From Styela clava (lineage: Eukaryota): a DNA stretch of 64,000 nt. Location: NCBI RefSeq assembly GCF_964204865.1, contig NC_135254.1:19778001-19842000 (forward strand), given 5' to 3'. This document shows, piece by piece, positions 46,677 through 60,986 of this stretch. The position numbers were made by a program, and so were the translations under genes. The notes beneath the pieces are model-generated. The model was not told where the DNA came from and searched no databases. It saw only the letters and a list, made by a program, of their open reading frames with translations. Position 1 is the first letter of the stretch. Each line of letters starts with the position of its first letter.

Positions 46677-49530
46677 TCAAATTGTCTTGATAACGCCCAC
46701 CTGCGAACAATTCATATTTTCTCTGCGCTGTTGTATAACATATTTGTGGTGAACTAACTTTAACCCATAGAGTAGAGACGCGTCGGACAAGATAACTTGC
46801 TTACTTTTCCACGTTAATTTCGAAGCACGTGTTATTACTTGCAATCGCGATATTGCCCACAAAGTCGACATTGTTAACTGATTAGACGGCGCTGCGAGAG
46901 ACAACATTGCCAACAGATCCGGCATTCCTGAGAGAGTCGACATTACTGAAATTGTCGGCATAATGAACTTTGCTGACAGATTTGACCTACTTTTACAACT
47001 TAGAAATTCCTCCCAATAGCGCACAGAATACATTTCCCGAATAACGAATAAAACTATATATTCATAACTATGTCTACTAACGCCTGATATAAAACTCGAT
47101 AGGGAATGTAAAACAATCTGTATTATCCAATATTACTTCGTAAAAAAAATATGCCTTTTATTCATGTTGCTCCTTTAATTTTTGAGAAACTCATTCTACA
47201 CATGCAAGAAATTGTACATAATTTCAACAATGAACAATTCAACATATCAGCAGCATTCTTTCTTCTTTGTTTATTTCCAAAAAGTCGATCTGGTCACTTT
47301 TTTTCTGCAATCGCATTTGCATGGTTTCTGCAATTATAATGCAAAAATGAAAGATATAAAATATTTTACGCTGAGTGGATACAATATATTTTTTAGTTAT
47401 TTTATTTAGTTTTTTTTTTCAATCACTATTGGCATTTCATCTATAAAGTACTTGTTGACCCAATAGTGAAAATATTACAGAAAAATAATACAATAAAACT
47501 TGTCAATAACGTTTGCTGTAAATGTTAAACACATACATTTTTGCAGAAAACTGAACTCAATATACTTATACTGGAATAATTCAAACTTACAATATAAATA
47601 AAATATGAGAATAATTCACAGTTGGGATATTGGTCTACCTTAATTGTTATATCTCCCTTGTACAGCCTTCCATTTTCTTTGTAGATTGTCAACAGCTCAC
47701 CAACGCACCAAATAGTCTGACACTCGCATTCGGATCTCTTATTGGAGGTTTGACGCGGATAAAATTCAGAATCGCTTGAATCTTCGGGGTAAAGTTTTCG
47801 CATACTATTATTTGTATTGTAATATTTTTTTAGCTGGCCACATGACCCTTGAGGAGACCTTGAAGAATAAAATATTTTTTAAATGTATCAAGAATTAATA
47901 ATTAATTTATGTATTTGGAGTAATAACTTCAAATTAAAAAAAAAAAAAACTGTCTGGTGCATACTGAATAGTAACGTTTTTTCGAACTACTTGGCGTAGT
48001 CATTTCCCTCAACTTATTACACAGAGGGTTTATTGTCTTATTATCGTTGATCCGGCTAGGGTTCCACATAGCGACTGTCAGAACAGCGACTGTCATAATG
48101 GCGACTTCATAATAGTGACGTAATCAAGTGAGTGACTGTCAAAACAGCGGCTGTCATTATGGCGACCGCAATAAAACAGCGACTGTTATGATATCGTTAG
48201 TCCAAATAAAATGTTGTTTTAAAGTCCCTTTCGGTTTCAACTTTTTACTACGCACTGTTTGCCTGTTTGTGCGTGCATACGTGTGTAGAGAGGTTCCTAA
48301 CTCTAACTCTAACACGAGTTAAGTCGCTATCATAAAACAGTTGCTGTTTTAATGCGGTCGCCATTATTACAGTCGCTGTTTTGGCGGTTGCTATCCGGCC
48401 TGGATACCCGTTGATCCTATGAAAATTGCAATTATGGAAATTATTCAAATTCCAACACCCTAATATTACTTGGGAATACAAAATTGGCGTTTGTAAGCCG
48501 GGATTTACTGGTCATTTGGAACTTGCAACTTGGTATAAATAAATCTCTATAATACCATTTTCTAATAGAGTTATATTGAAGCAGATTATTTTTAAGATAA
48601 CTTTTTTAATGCAAACAGAGGTTGTAATCGTTTGGTGTCGCGAGCTGTGCGCTTCCAAAGTACAACTAAAGCCACCTGAATAAATGACATGGAAGCGCAT
48701 TGTACGTAGTGAAATTTACCTGCATTCGACCGTGACAAGTTTGATCGGCCTGTATAATTCAACCATTTTGTTGCATCTAGTCGATCCATAACGAGAAATG
48801 TAAGAGCATTTTCTGTCTTTGCAATTCGTTTTCTTACCTGTTCCCTGCCCAATTTGGCATACGTCATCTGGTCCTGATGAATAACTGTCGAAATATAATA
48901 TATGATGGTGGAATAGTTTAATTCCTGACACAGGGAAAATTTTCTTCTTTTAATTAATGTTTTGATACCGGAAATTATTGATTACTATTAAATTTTACTG
49001 AAGTCTGAGTCATCAGGTGTACCAGCACCAACTGTATTGAATGTACAGAAACAAAATATTATAAAACTTCGCGAACTTGTCACATACACCATCTGAATTA
49101 GAGTCTAATGTGAAAACAAATCTGTTTGCATTTGAGAACCCAAAACATTAAATTTAATATTTTTAATGCAAGCTATCTGTCAAAACGCTTGTTACAAAAT
49201 AAACGTTCTATTTATTTTTTCAGTTTTAAAACTCCATCTTTTAGTATCATCTGTCAAAATTTGACTGAAAATGTAATGATTACCTGCTGAGCTGTGCGCA
49301 TTTGGGATGTTTGCCGTAAACAAAGTTCTTATCTTTGCCGAAAGCAAATTCCAATGCCTCAGTTGGAGTAACCTGTAATGTATAAGAATACTTTATTTTT
49401 TTGGTATTATATTCTATTTACAACATAAATTGTATTAATGAATACATGCCTCTTTATCAAATTTAGCAAAGAATTCTGACGGAACGAATTCTCGCATATT
49501 TTTCCATGCAACAGCTCGAACTTCCGCCAT
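46677..49530 (-). CDS. Uncharacterised ~288-aa protein, 8 exons
   Basis: Exons 49530-49450, 49372-49284, 48884-48838, 48776-48720, 48675-48602, 48546-48509, 47804-47701 and 47053-46677 splice into one open frame of 867 nt: MAEVRAVAWKNMREFVPSEFFAKFDKE-VTPTEALEFAFGKDKNF..-HMRKLYPEDSSDSEF..-VLFVIREMYSVRYWEEF..QVGVIKTI*. Intron 1 needs a GC donor and some other sites are weak. Confidence 0.5.
48054..48408. mobile_element. MITE with inverted arrays of agcgactg-like subterminal repeats, 9-bp TSD (Mutator-like)
   Basis: cgttgatcc at 48045-48053 and 48409-48417. The left arm has (ac)agcgactgtc repeats and the right arm has acagtcgctg; the centre has ctaactctaactctaac. Lies in intron 6 of the 46.7-49.5 kb gene. 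Confidence 0.8.
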
Positions 49531-51559
49531 TAAAAAGATTATAACAAACAATATTTTCAGCATCATCTTGTAGTAAACAGTTTTAATAGTGTTCAGATGG
49601 AAAATAGGAATAAAGTTCTAAAAAGTACTATAAATTAACAAGCTCATATATGTAAGTGTAATAGCCTACCACCTATAAATACACGTATATTTTGGTTTTT
49701 CTGAAGTATTTAAATAAGGCGACCTTCATTAGAGGGAGTTTATTGTACAAGAGAAAAATAAAACTTATTTGAACGTAGTCACCAAACTTCTATTTTCAAA
49801 TTATGCTCACATTTAATAAGAGGGCCATGTTCTGGCATCTGGCAATAAAATTTATGTTTACAAGATAAGAAAGCGAACTGAGGCAAAACCAATATAACTT
49901 GATATGTGTGTTGAAACAGTGATTGTGTAATGTACATTTGAAGATAGGCTTTGGAATCATTCATTGAATGAAAATCTTGTTTATATTATCCAATATTTGA
50001 TGTATTTCCCTGAGTAATTAGAAGATGGAAAGTATTATTAAATATCTATTATAAGTTATATGAAGTTAGATAAAGACGATTACGCTCCAAACCATTAACT
50101 TTATACTACTTTCAACCACAACAAAAAACACGGAACAAAACAAGCATTTTTTAAATTTACATCGCATCTAAAATCGCTTATATACGTTTTCTATAATGAC
50201 AACAAGCACTATTGTCGAGAAAAATAGAAAATGCTTCAACGTAATTGAAGTTTTTTTTATTTAAATTATGGTAATATACTTCCGAACTCTTTGAATCTTT
50301 GAAATATAAGAAAATCAAACAAATCTGACCATTAGTTGCGAAAAAAAGCTTTTTTCATCTCGTTAAGAACTATATCACACAAAGAATAACAAGAATTTAG
50401 AAAATATTTCACAAGCGTGTTTTGTCAACAATATATATATATATATTACCAAGACAAATAAAAAGGCATCATCTATAACGGGAACATTTCTTGTAGAACT
50501 GTGTAAGAAAATGTGTTTCGAAACTGCTTGTTTTTGTACCTTAAAGACGTTATCTGATCCGCCATTCTTACCATCGAATAAACAGACATTTATTATACAT
50601 AGGTTGTTGAAAAATTTGACATTTTACAAAATACTCCGAGCTATAAATGCTTCCGCCATTAGTGATTGTATAAAATAATTTTAAATTAATAACGAGATAA
50701 ATGCAGAGCTCTCGTCAATTGTGGTAACATTTATCAGTCCTGTTTATGAAAATGTGTTTGGTATACTTGTTTTTGTGTTTTAAAGACGTTAAACTGATTC
50801 ACCTTTCTCACAATTGCATAAACAGATCTTTAATAAACGTCACTACCTTCAAACTTTGTTATACCGCATTCTATGATGTAATGGACTGATACATATTGTT
50901 ACTTAATCTGACAAAGACCCAAGATGAAATTTGTTCAAAACATTTTATTATCTATCTTCAAATAAATTTATATTTGCGTGTGCAATCTATTTGCAAATTT
51001 ATTAGCCTACCACCTATACACGTATATATTTTGTTTCTCTGAAGACTTTCAATAAGGCGACCTTCATTAGAGGGAGTTTATTGTAATAAAACTTATTTGA
51101 ACGTAGTCACCAAACTTCTACTTTCAAATTATGCTCATATTTATTAATAAGGGGGCCCTGTTCTGGCATCTGTCAATGAAAATGATGTTTACAAGATAAG
51201 AAAGCGAACTGAGGTAAAAACGAGATGCTGATATCCTTATATTCGATTTTTTATTTAGCCCACTGACCACATCACATTGAAAACGAGAGAAATTATTCAA
51301 TTATTTTATCATAACGCATATTTCGCCGTTCTTTAAAAAACAAGCTGTGCAACGTCCAATATAACTTTATATGTGTGTTGAAACAGTGATTGTGTAATGT
51401 ACATTTGAAGATAAGCTTTGGAATCATTCACTGAATGAAAATCTTGTTTATATTATCCCATATTTGATGTATTTCCCTGAGTAATTAGAATATAGAAAGT
51501 ATTATTAAATATCTATTATAAGTTATATGAAGTTAGATAAAGACGATTACGCTCCAAAC

Positions 51560-53343
51560 CAGCGGTTCCCAAAATGGGCAAAAACGTCTCCTTGTGGGCG
51601 TTTGCGATGACTTGGAGGGCGCATGTGGCGATTTGGGCAATTGGGGGGCGCTGGCCGTCAAACTGGCCGATTGGGGGCGCTGACATCAATACGGGAACTC
51701 ACAAGAAGTGTGATAATTTATGTCATTTACTGCTATGTTTTGGTTCAAACTAGCTTGGTTGTTATTCCGGCGTTGGAAATTTGTCGCTTAATGTAGAATA
51801 GGTATTATGACTTTTTTAAATCCGTATTGTTTCATAATAGTACTAGTCTAGCGCATACGGTATATGCTTTCTTCACCATCCACTCAACGTTTCGTTGTAC
51901 TGTATTGAATAACAGCTTCATTTTACTATCGGGTACTATGGTGCTTTGAAGTGGTATAGTGTTAGTGGCCTACAACACCCTTATGTTATAATTTTGGTTT
52001 TGTTAAGAGCAACACGTGAGAGCTGGGCATCTGATCGAACTGACCTACGCCAAATAGGACCATCTGCATGTTGCGACAAAACTGGTTCATTTTTATTTCT
52101 TGGGTCATTGAATAATAAGGCTACATAAATAATACATAAATTGGCAAAGATCTAGCTATGTTGTGTTTGACATTGTTTAATTAATGTCGGTTTATCATTT
52201 GTGTTGCGTATGTTCAAACTATCGAATGCAGTAACTTAAGCAGCATATTTAACTGATTTATAATAAAAACATTATACAGCGTGGTCCCCAAAAAACGAAA
52301 CCATCAATTTCCCAATTACTTCTACGAAAATGGAGTGAAATATTTAATTTTGTCTACACTTGAACTTCTGTTTGCGTATGTTTGTGCCTAAAAGTGTCGG
52401 AAAATCTAGGACGTTTCGCACAAAAACTATGTTGTTTCTAGATTTAGAATATGTTCCAAATGATCTCTTCGGCATTGAAAAAAGAATTTTATTATTTTTG
52501 TCATTGTCATTCATTGTAACATTGTCAATCACTCTTCTTTGAGTATTTCTCTATTTTATTTCTGCAATTGCAGCCTTGAGTTCACCAATTGTTTGAGACT
52601 TGTCCTTCGAACACGTTACATATCACAATCTGAGAGATTTCAGTCCGATAATTAAGGTGCCCACTTTTCTCTCAAGAGAGCAAGCGTCTGGTTTGATGTA
52701 TCGGGGGGTCGCCTCGTCATGCTGGAACCACTGCTGGTCACCTCTATCAATCCCTCAAGTAATGTGCAGATTTTTTTCGGCACAACCACATAATGTTCTG
52801 TATTTGTACTCTTTCATTTCCATGTCCGGACAGCAGAAGGTGCGCTGTGACTGAAAACCAAGTGAGTGGTTGAACATTTTGCGAAACTTCCGAGTATAAT
52901 CATACGCAAACAGAAGTTCAATTTAATCATTTTTTTGAGATAGTTGGGTACCACTGGTTTTATACCTTCAAACCCAAGTTCAGTCTTTCATCTCTCTGGC
53001 AACAGAATCAAATTGAAATATCATGACGTGTTAGATCGTGTCAAAAGTTTTTTTATCGCTCTTGCCAGCTCATTCTCGGTAGAGCGAGTATTTACTGCAG
53101 TGACCGCACTTTTACATATTTAAGAGAGATTTCCTCGACAGTGTGAGACGAGACTGAAGACTGTTTTTGACTGAAATGAAGCCAGATATTATCAAGCTGA
53201 TGGTAATTCACTAGGCCCAACCTTCACATTATACTAATGATAAATGGAGAATAAAGTTACTTTGACTTTTTTGTTAGGGGGGCGTTTGCAAGTTAAAAAG
53301 TCGTCCAAGAGGGCGCTGGCTGAAATAAGTTTAGAAAACACTG
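51560..53343 (+). mobile_element. Charlie/Buster-type hAT element inserted into one array unit
   Basis: Ends cagcggttcccaaa and tttagaaaacactg. TSD ctccaaac at 51552-51559 and 53344-53351. The empty site gattacgctccaaaccattaa is present in the three sibling units. C-terminal remnant LRLFLTEMKPDIIKLM..AQPSH* is SCAND3/ZBED5-like. Confidence 0.93.
52277..52960 (-). mobile_element. Degraded Tc1/mariner-superfamily element nested in the Charlie element
   Basis: Terminus ta|cagcgtggtccccaaaaaacg. Minus-strand remnants QQWFQHDEATP (cf. WFQQDGA.PH around the second catalytic D) and SQTIGELKAAI. The right end is approximate. Confidence 0.6.
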
Positions 53344-56300
53344 CTCCAAACCATTAATTTTATACTATACTTTAAACCACAACAAAAAAAACAGAACAAA
53401 AAAAGGATTTTTTTAAATTTACATCGCATCTAAAATCGCTCATATACGTTTTCTATAATGACAACAAGCACTATTGTCAAGAAAAATAGAAAATGCTTCA
53501 ACGTAGTTGAAGTTTTTTATTTAAATTATGGTAATAGACTTCCGGACTTTTGGTTCTTTGAAATATAAGAAAATTAAACAAATTTGACCATTCTTTGCAA
53601 AAGAAAATCTTTTTTTCTCGTTAAGAACTATCACACAAATAATAACAAAAATTTAGAAAATATTTCACAAGCGACCAATACCCACTTGAATAAACAAGGA
53701 TATTACATAAGCTCTGTGTTGTGTGCCTTAGCAACCCTGTACGACTTTGTGCAGAACTTATGTATTTTTCTTGGTATTCTTCTTTCTGGATGAATGTCAT
53801 GAATTCTATACTTCTTTTCCGCGCTTTCTGTCTGTTTTGCCTGTTTTTTCTTGGGTAGAAGAGAAAATGTTTGGACGTTTATTTATATTTCCACTACACA
53901 AGACAAAAACTTTATGACTGCGTTTTTATTTCTGATAAGAGATTCTTATATGTAGTACTTTGATAGCAACAGCTAATGAGACGTTGCCTGCATTTTTCAA
54001 CTCGCGTTAAGTATTAAATAACTCAAAACAAGTATTATTGACGAAGAGAGTTATAAAAAATGTTGAATATAAATTCTTTCACTTTTCATCGGTAATGACA
54101 ACAATTTGTCAATGCAATCTAGTTTGAACAAGGGATTTTTGAGTGGAATCGAGCTCAGACGATAGTGGCAATTTTTGTCAATAGAAAATATACATTACCG
54201 AGACAAATAAAAAGGCATCATCTATAACGGTAACATTTCTTATAGAACTGTTTCAGAAAATGTGTTTCGAAACTGCTTGTTTTTGTACATTGAAGATGTT
54301 ATCTGATCCGCCATTCTTATCATCGCATAAACAGACATTTATTATACATAGGTCGATGAAAAGTTTGACATTTTACAAAATACTCCAAGCTATAAATGCT
54401 TTCACTATTAGTGATTGTATATAATAATTTTAAATTAATAACGAGATAAATGCAGAGCTCTCGTCAATTGTGGTAACATTTCTCAGTCCTGTTTATGAAA
54501 ATGTGTTTGGTATATTTGTTTTTGTGTATTGAAGACGTTAAACTGACTCACGATTTCCACAATCGCATAAACAGATCTTTAATAAACGTCTGTACCTTCA
54601 AACTTTGTTATACCGTATTCTATGATGTAATGGGCCGATACATATTGTTATAAAATTATTCTGACAAAGACTTAAGATGAAATTTGTTTAAAACATTTTA
54701 TTCTCCATCTTCAAATAAATTTATATTTGCGTGTGCAATCTATTTGAACTTTACTTCAAATCTCAATAAAGAAATTTTTCAGATTTGTTTACTTCAAAAA
54801 TAATTTGCTAATTACAAATTTACCTCTTTAGATCTCAATAAAATATTTAGCTATTGACTTTACGATTTTTTTCGATGTCTCCAATTTTAGATATTGCTAC
54901 CAAACTAGTATATTAAATCTAGTCATGAGACAGAATAGACATTGTATCAATTTAAAAATCATAAACCTGTTCTGGCATCTGTCAGTAAAAATTATGTTTA
55001 CAAGATAAGAAAGCGAACTGAGGCAAAAATGAAATGCAATGATCTTCTTATATTCGATTTTTTATTCAGCTTACTGACCACATCACATTGAAAACGAGAG
55101 AAATTATTCACTTATTCTATCATAACGCATATTTTGCCGTTCTTTAAAAAACAAGCTGTGCAACGTCCAATATAACTTTATATGTGTGTTGAAACAGTGA
55201 TTGTGTAATGTACATTTGAAGATGAGCTTTGGAATCATTCATTGAATGCAAATCTTGTATATATTATCCAATATTTGATGTATTTCTCTGAGTAATTAGA
55301 ATATGGAAAGTATTATTAAATATCTATTATAAGTTATATGAAGTTAGATAAAGACGATTACGCTCCAAACCATTAATTTTATACTACTTTCAACCACAAC
55401 AAAAAACAGAACAAAAAAAGCATTTTTTTAAATTTACATCGCATCTAAAATCGCTCATATACGCTTTCTATAATGACAACAAGCACTATTGTCAAGAAAA
55501 ATAGAAAATGCTTCAACGTAATTGAAGTTTTTTATTTAAATTATGGTAATAGACTTCCGGACTCTTTGAATCTTTGAAAGATACGAAAATTAAACAAATT
55601 TGACCATTCGTTGCAAAAGAAAATCTTTTTTTTCTCGTTAAGAACTATCACACAAAAAATAACAAAAATTTAGAAAATACTTCACAAGCGACCAATATCC
55701 ACTTGAATAAACAAGGATATTACATAAGCTCTGTGTTGTGTGCCCTAGCAACCTTGTACGACTTTGTGCAGAACTTATGTATTTTTCTTGGTATTCTTCT
55801 TTCTGGATGAATGTCATGAATTCTATACCTTTTTTCCGCGCTTTCTGTCTGTTTTGCCTGTTTTTTCTTGGGTGGAAGAGAAAATGTTTGTACGTTTATT
55901 TATATTTTCACTACACAAAACAAAAACTTTAAGACTGCGTTTTTATTTCTGATAAGAGATTCTTATATCTAGTACTTTGATAGCAACAGCTAATGAGACG
56001 TTACCTGCACTTTTCAATTCGCGTTAAGTATTAATTAACTCAAAACAAGTATTAATGACGAAGAGAGTCATAAAAAATGTTAAATATAAATTCTTTCACT
56101 TTTCATCGGTAATGACAACAATTGGTCAAGGCAATCTAGTTTGAACAAGGAATTTTTGAGTAGAATCGAGCTCAGACGATAGTGGCAATTTTTGTCAATA
56201 AAAATTATACATTACCGAGACAAATAAAAAGGCATCATCTATAACGGTAACGTTTCTTATAGAACTGTTTAAGAAAATGTGTTTCGAAACTGCTTGTTTT

Positions 56301-58094
56301 TGTACATTGAAGACGTCATCTGATCCGCCATTCTTACCATCGCATAAACATACATTTATTATACATAGATCGTTGAAAAGTTTGACATTTTACAAAATAC
56401 TCCGAGCTATAAATGCTTTCACTATTAGTGATTGTATATAATAATTTTAAATTAATACCGAGATAAATGCAGAGCTCTCGTCAATTGTGGTAACATTTCT
56501 CAGTCCTGTTTATGAAAATGTGTTTGGTATACTTGTTTTTGTGTATTGAAGACGTTAAACTGATTCACGATTTTCACAATCGCATAAACAGATCTTTAAT
56601 AAACGTCTGTACCTTCAAACTTTGTTATACCGCATTCTATGATGTAATGGACCGATACATATTGTTATAAAATAATTCTGACAAAGACCTAAGATGAAAT
56701 TTGTTTGAAACATTTTATTCTCCATCTTCAAATAAATTTATATTTGCGTGTGCAATCTATTTGCACTTTACTTCAAATGTCAATAAAGAAATTTTTCAGA
56801 TTTGTTTACTTCAAAAATAATTTGCTAATTACAAATTTACCTTTTTAGACCTCAATAAAATATTAATCTAATGACTTTACGATTTTTTTCGATGGCTTCA
56901 ATTTTAGATATTGCTACCAAACTAGTATATTAAATCTAGTCATGAGACTGAATAGACATTGTATCAATGTACAAATCATAAAACTGTTCTGGCATCTGTC
57001 AACAAAAATTATGTTTACAAGATAAGAAAGCGAACTGAGGTAAAAACGAAATGCAATGATCTTCTTATATTCGATTTTTTATTCAGGTTACTGACCACAT
57101 CACATTGAAAACGAGAGAAATTATTCACTTATTCTATCATAACGCATATTTCGCCGTTCTTTAAAAAACAAGCTGTGCAACGTCCAATATAACTTTATAT
57201 GTGTGTTGAAACAGTGATTGGGTAATGTATATTTGAAGATGAGCTTTGGAATCATTCATTGAATGAAAATCTTGTATATATTATCCAATATTTGATGTAT
57301 TTCCCTGAGTAATTAGAATATGGAAAGTATTATTAAATATCTATTATAAGTTATATGAAGTTAGATAAAGACGATTACGCTCCAAACCATTAATTTTATA
57401 CTACTTTCAACCACAACAAAAAAAACGGAACAAAACAAGCATTTTTTTTAAATTTACATCGCATCTAAAATCGCCTATATACGTTTTCTATAATGACAAC
57501 AATAACTATTGTCAAAAAAATAGAAAATGCTTCAACGTAGTTGAAGTTTTTTATTTAAATTATGGTAATAGACTTCCAAACTCTTTGAATCTTTGAAATA
57601 TAAGAAAATCAAGCAAATTTGACCATTCGTTGTAAAAGAAGGCTTTTTTTTGGTTAAGAACTATCTCACAAAGAATAACAAGAATTTAGAAAATATTTCA
57701 CAAGCGACCAATACCCGTTTGAATAAACAAGGATATTACATAAGCTCTGTGTTGTGTGCCCTAGCAACCTAGTACGACTTTGTGCAGAACTTATGTAATA
57801 TCCTTGGTATTCTTCTTTGTGGATGAATGTAATGAATTCTATACTTTTATTCCGCGCTTTCTGTCTGTTTTGCCTGTTTTTTCTTGGGCAAAAGAGAAAA
57901 TGTTTGTACATTTTTCTATATTTCCATTACACAAGACAAAAGCTTTATGACTGCGTTTTTATTTCTGATAAGAGATTCTTATATGTAGTACTTTGATAGC
58001 AACAGCTAATGAGACGTTGCCTGCCTATATCAATTCGCGTAAATTAAGCATTAATTAACTCAAAAAAAGTATTCATGACGAAGAGAATTATAAG

Positions 58095-58200
58095 AATGTT
58101 GGGACCCCCTAAAGCAGGGGAGTGCAAACTGCGACCCGCGGGCCTAATGCGGCCCGCAGAGAAAAATTGTGCGGCCCGTGGTGAAGTGCCAATTTTGAAG
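58095..58200 (+). mobile_element. Left end of another Charlie-type hAT element terminating the 2-kb array
   Basis: caggggagtgcaaactgcgacccgcgggcctaatgcggcccgc with gcggccc subterminal repeats; no matching right end found. Isolated Charlie-like right ends also occur at ~9515-9540 and ~30785-30816. Confidence 0.65.
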
Positions 58201-59971
58201 GATGTATCCACTAAACGAGCTTTAACTTAAATTAATATGGAACGTGTGAGCAACTCCAATCACCTCGGGTCGCGAACCTTATGATAGTACTCGAGTGCCA
58301 CTGTTATATCAGTGGACCTAGCTAGCAAGATCCTGTTGGAAAATACACAATGTTATAAAAACGTGTTTTCTTCTCACGGAATTTGTTTAAAGTCGGTGTG
58401 ATAATGAATTTAAACAGCAGTTTTTTAAAATTTTGCGTTTAAACCCTTTTTTTATTTCTGCCAGGACCTCGAATAATGCCATACGATCAATAACAAAAAA
58501 AATATATTTTTGAGCTTGCATCTGCAGTAGAAACTCTACCTACAAAGGCTCTGGATACGAAGAATCCAACATACGAAAATTATTTTTGTAAAAATATTGC
58601 TTCGACTAACGTGAGAAACATTAGGCCCAAAAACGAAAAAACGCGTATAGTAACATTTGTTTATTTTGGGTTAATTTAATGCAGTGCATGAAGCACGGAC
58701 GTCCAATAAGAATTTATTATTCGAATATCGCGAACTTCGATTAATGTTCTTTTTGTTTGTAAGAATACCGAATATGGCGGACATATCCTAGCGCCGCCGT
58801 CAACGTTTAGATTTAACTAAAACATTTTGAAAGCATGACTTGAAGCGCTTATAACACATCAGGATGGTTTTGATTGGAAATATTTTACAATCATTATCGT
58901 ATGTTTTGATTTTGTCGAGATAATTTGCGGCCTCGGCAAAATAGCTAAAAGCAAATTGTGTCGTAATTAATTGTTTCCATCCTTCGACCATGAGGACAAA
59001 TTTGTTCATTTCTTACAATTTACAGCGTATAAAATAGCTGTTAAATATTATTAAATATCTATTGCGAATCGTTATTGACTTTGTTGATGACAATATCGTT
59101 AAGTTTTGGTTGGCGGTATTAATTTATGTTCAAAAATATAATTATAACCACCGACATGAAATATTTAAATCAGCGCCACTTCGAAAAATAAAAAAGGATT
59201 TCCGCTATCAATTCTCTGTTATTTGCAGTTGTGAATTTGGGAATCAGGTTCACTCATTTGATAATGACGATGATCGCGTAATTACATTTGCGTTTTACTG
59301 CTTCAACGAACGGTGTCGTGATCACTACAAAAAGTCCATGTCCGTGGTAGCTGCCCTGTCACACGGTAATCAACAATCTGCCATTCCATTGGCCCGTTTG
59401 TTTCCCACGGGCACGTACAATAAGTCTCACTCAGTTTCAGCTGAGAAGACGATGAATACGCGTAACAGTTAAAACTAAAGAAAGTAAAATGAAAAAATAC
59501 ATAAAACTGCAAAATAAAAATAGTACATTCTAATTTTGAATTTCATGTGCGTGTGCACATTTTCGTACATTTCGTTCTCTCCTAGACTTCAACTTCTAAC
59601 GCCTTCTCCGACCGCCGTCGAAATCATATTTATCAAAACAACACAGCGCCAGGGATGGTCAGGGATAGTATATATGACTGAAAATACATGCTAAACCAAC
59701 AATAAGTCATTATAAAGGAGTATTTCCTGTCTGAGCTGAGTCGACATTTTTAGACATCTGACAGGCGATTTTGAAATCCACGCTATTTATAGAATTCGCA
59801 CTTTGCGTCACGGCTGGATGGTTCTATCGCTTCTCTCATATCAGGCGATAACGTCAACAAAGAGCTAAGAGCGATATTAACAGTAGTTTACCGAGTACAA
59901 AATTAAGCGTAAATATTCTCTCATATGAGCTTAGCCGCTGTAAGAGGGTTTTAATTATCATTGAATGGCAC

Positions 59972-60481
59972 TAGACCTTATTCATTAAAAACCCATCCTA
60001 CGCGCAAAAAAAAGTGATGTAAAAAATTTTTTTTCAACTTTAGCTCTTACGGGGAATGTGATCACCAGAGCAGAAATTTGCATTTTTTGTAATTTTCTAG
60101 ATATCTTTCATTGTATACGTGAGCAGTTTTGAGGATAGAATATTTTTTACATTTTTTTTGATATTTTTATCATGATAAACATGGTCAAGATTTTTGATAA
60201 TCGTTCATTAAAATTTTAATGAGCGCGGTGTTTCCGATGACGTCATTCTCACTAGACCATGAGATTCTGCCAACGCGCCGTGCTCTGTGGGATATGCGCT
60301 GCAAATGCGGCCCTAATGTCGCTTTGGATCCGTGTCCGTCCGGTATTGGAAGCGTTTAACATTGATAATCTATAACCCGTACCATTTCTATCACGTTTGT
60401 TTACTGGTTTTACGCATTTATACCTGTACAGCTAGCAATCATTTACTGAAGGCATGCTGACGTGTTATTTAAACCACCGGT
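59972..60481 (+). mobile_element. Single TIR arm of the same foldback family as 42175-43345
   Basis: tagaccttattcatt..aacccatcctacgcgcaaaa..gtgatcaccag..catggtcaagatttttgataatcg..ggcatgctgac..aaaccaccggta is colinear with 42175-42680. Confidence 0.85.
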
Positions 60482-60986
60482 ATAATAATAATCTTTATTT
60501 TGATTTACCCCAAAAAACATACACATAACAAATAATGAACACATAAATCAAACACACAGAATAATGGGAAATCGGGAAAACAGGCAAAACCAGGAGTAGG
60601 GTTTAAAACACGTATAAATAAATACATGTGCCTGTTCACCCATGATATTACACTCACAAACATATTACAAAAAAAGATAAAAACACGAACGTGTTATCGT
60701 TCCAACGTTCGGGCATCTAACTTCTGTTACAAACAAAATGCAGGTGCGTAGGTTCTAATTTAAAACTGTTTACGTCGAAACGGACATGATTCGGGCTGTG
60801 TTTATTAAATTGGCGTAAACAAGTGCAAACTAGTGAGTTAGATAAAAGCAGTGTCAGAATGAGTAATAAATAAATCGAAATGTCTTTTGGTTGATTTCCT
60901 CTTTGTAAATAAAATCCGACGTTGTGATGTGCTGTAGTGTGCTAGGTGCAATGTTTCATAGAAAATGCCTGTCCATCTCTTTTTCC

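Larger units (their letters stand above)
49660..58093. repeat. Tandem array of ~2017-bp units (about 3.5-4 copies; the first has internal deletions, the last is truncated)
   Basis: Anchor ggcatctg at 49834, 51165, 54974 and 56991. The spacing is 2017 bp, both directly and after subtracting the 1784-bp insertion plus its 8-bp TSD. Confidence 0.93.

Noticed and set aside
48999-49031. 33-nt exon candidate in the orphan gene (TTGGTGCTGG..TTCA)
   Set aside because: In the phase required by the flanking exons it contains TGA. Left out of the model, although it could be a poison exon.
58800-59512. ORFs 58800-59009, 59062-59472 and 59303-59512
   Set aside because: No recognisable motifs and no consistent exon chain could be built; left unannotated.
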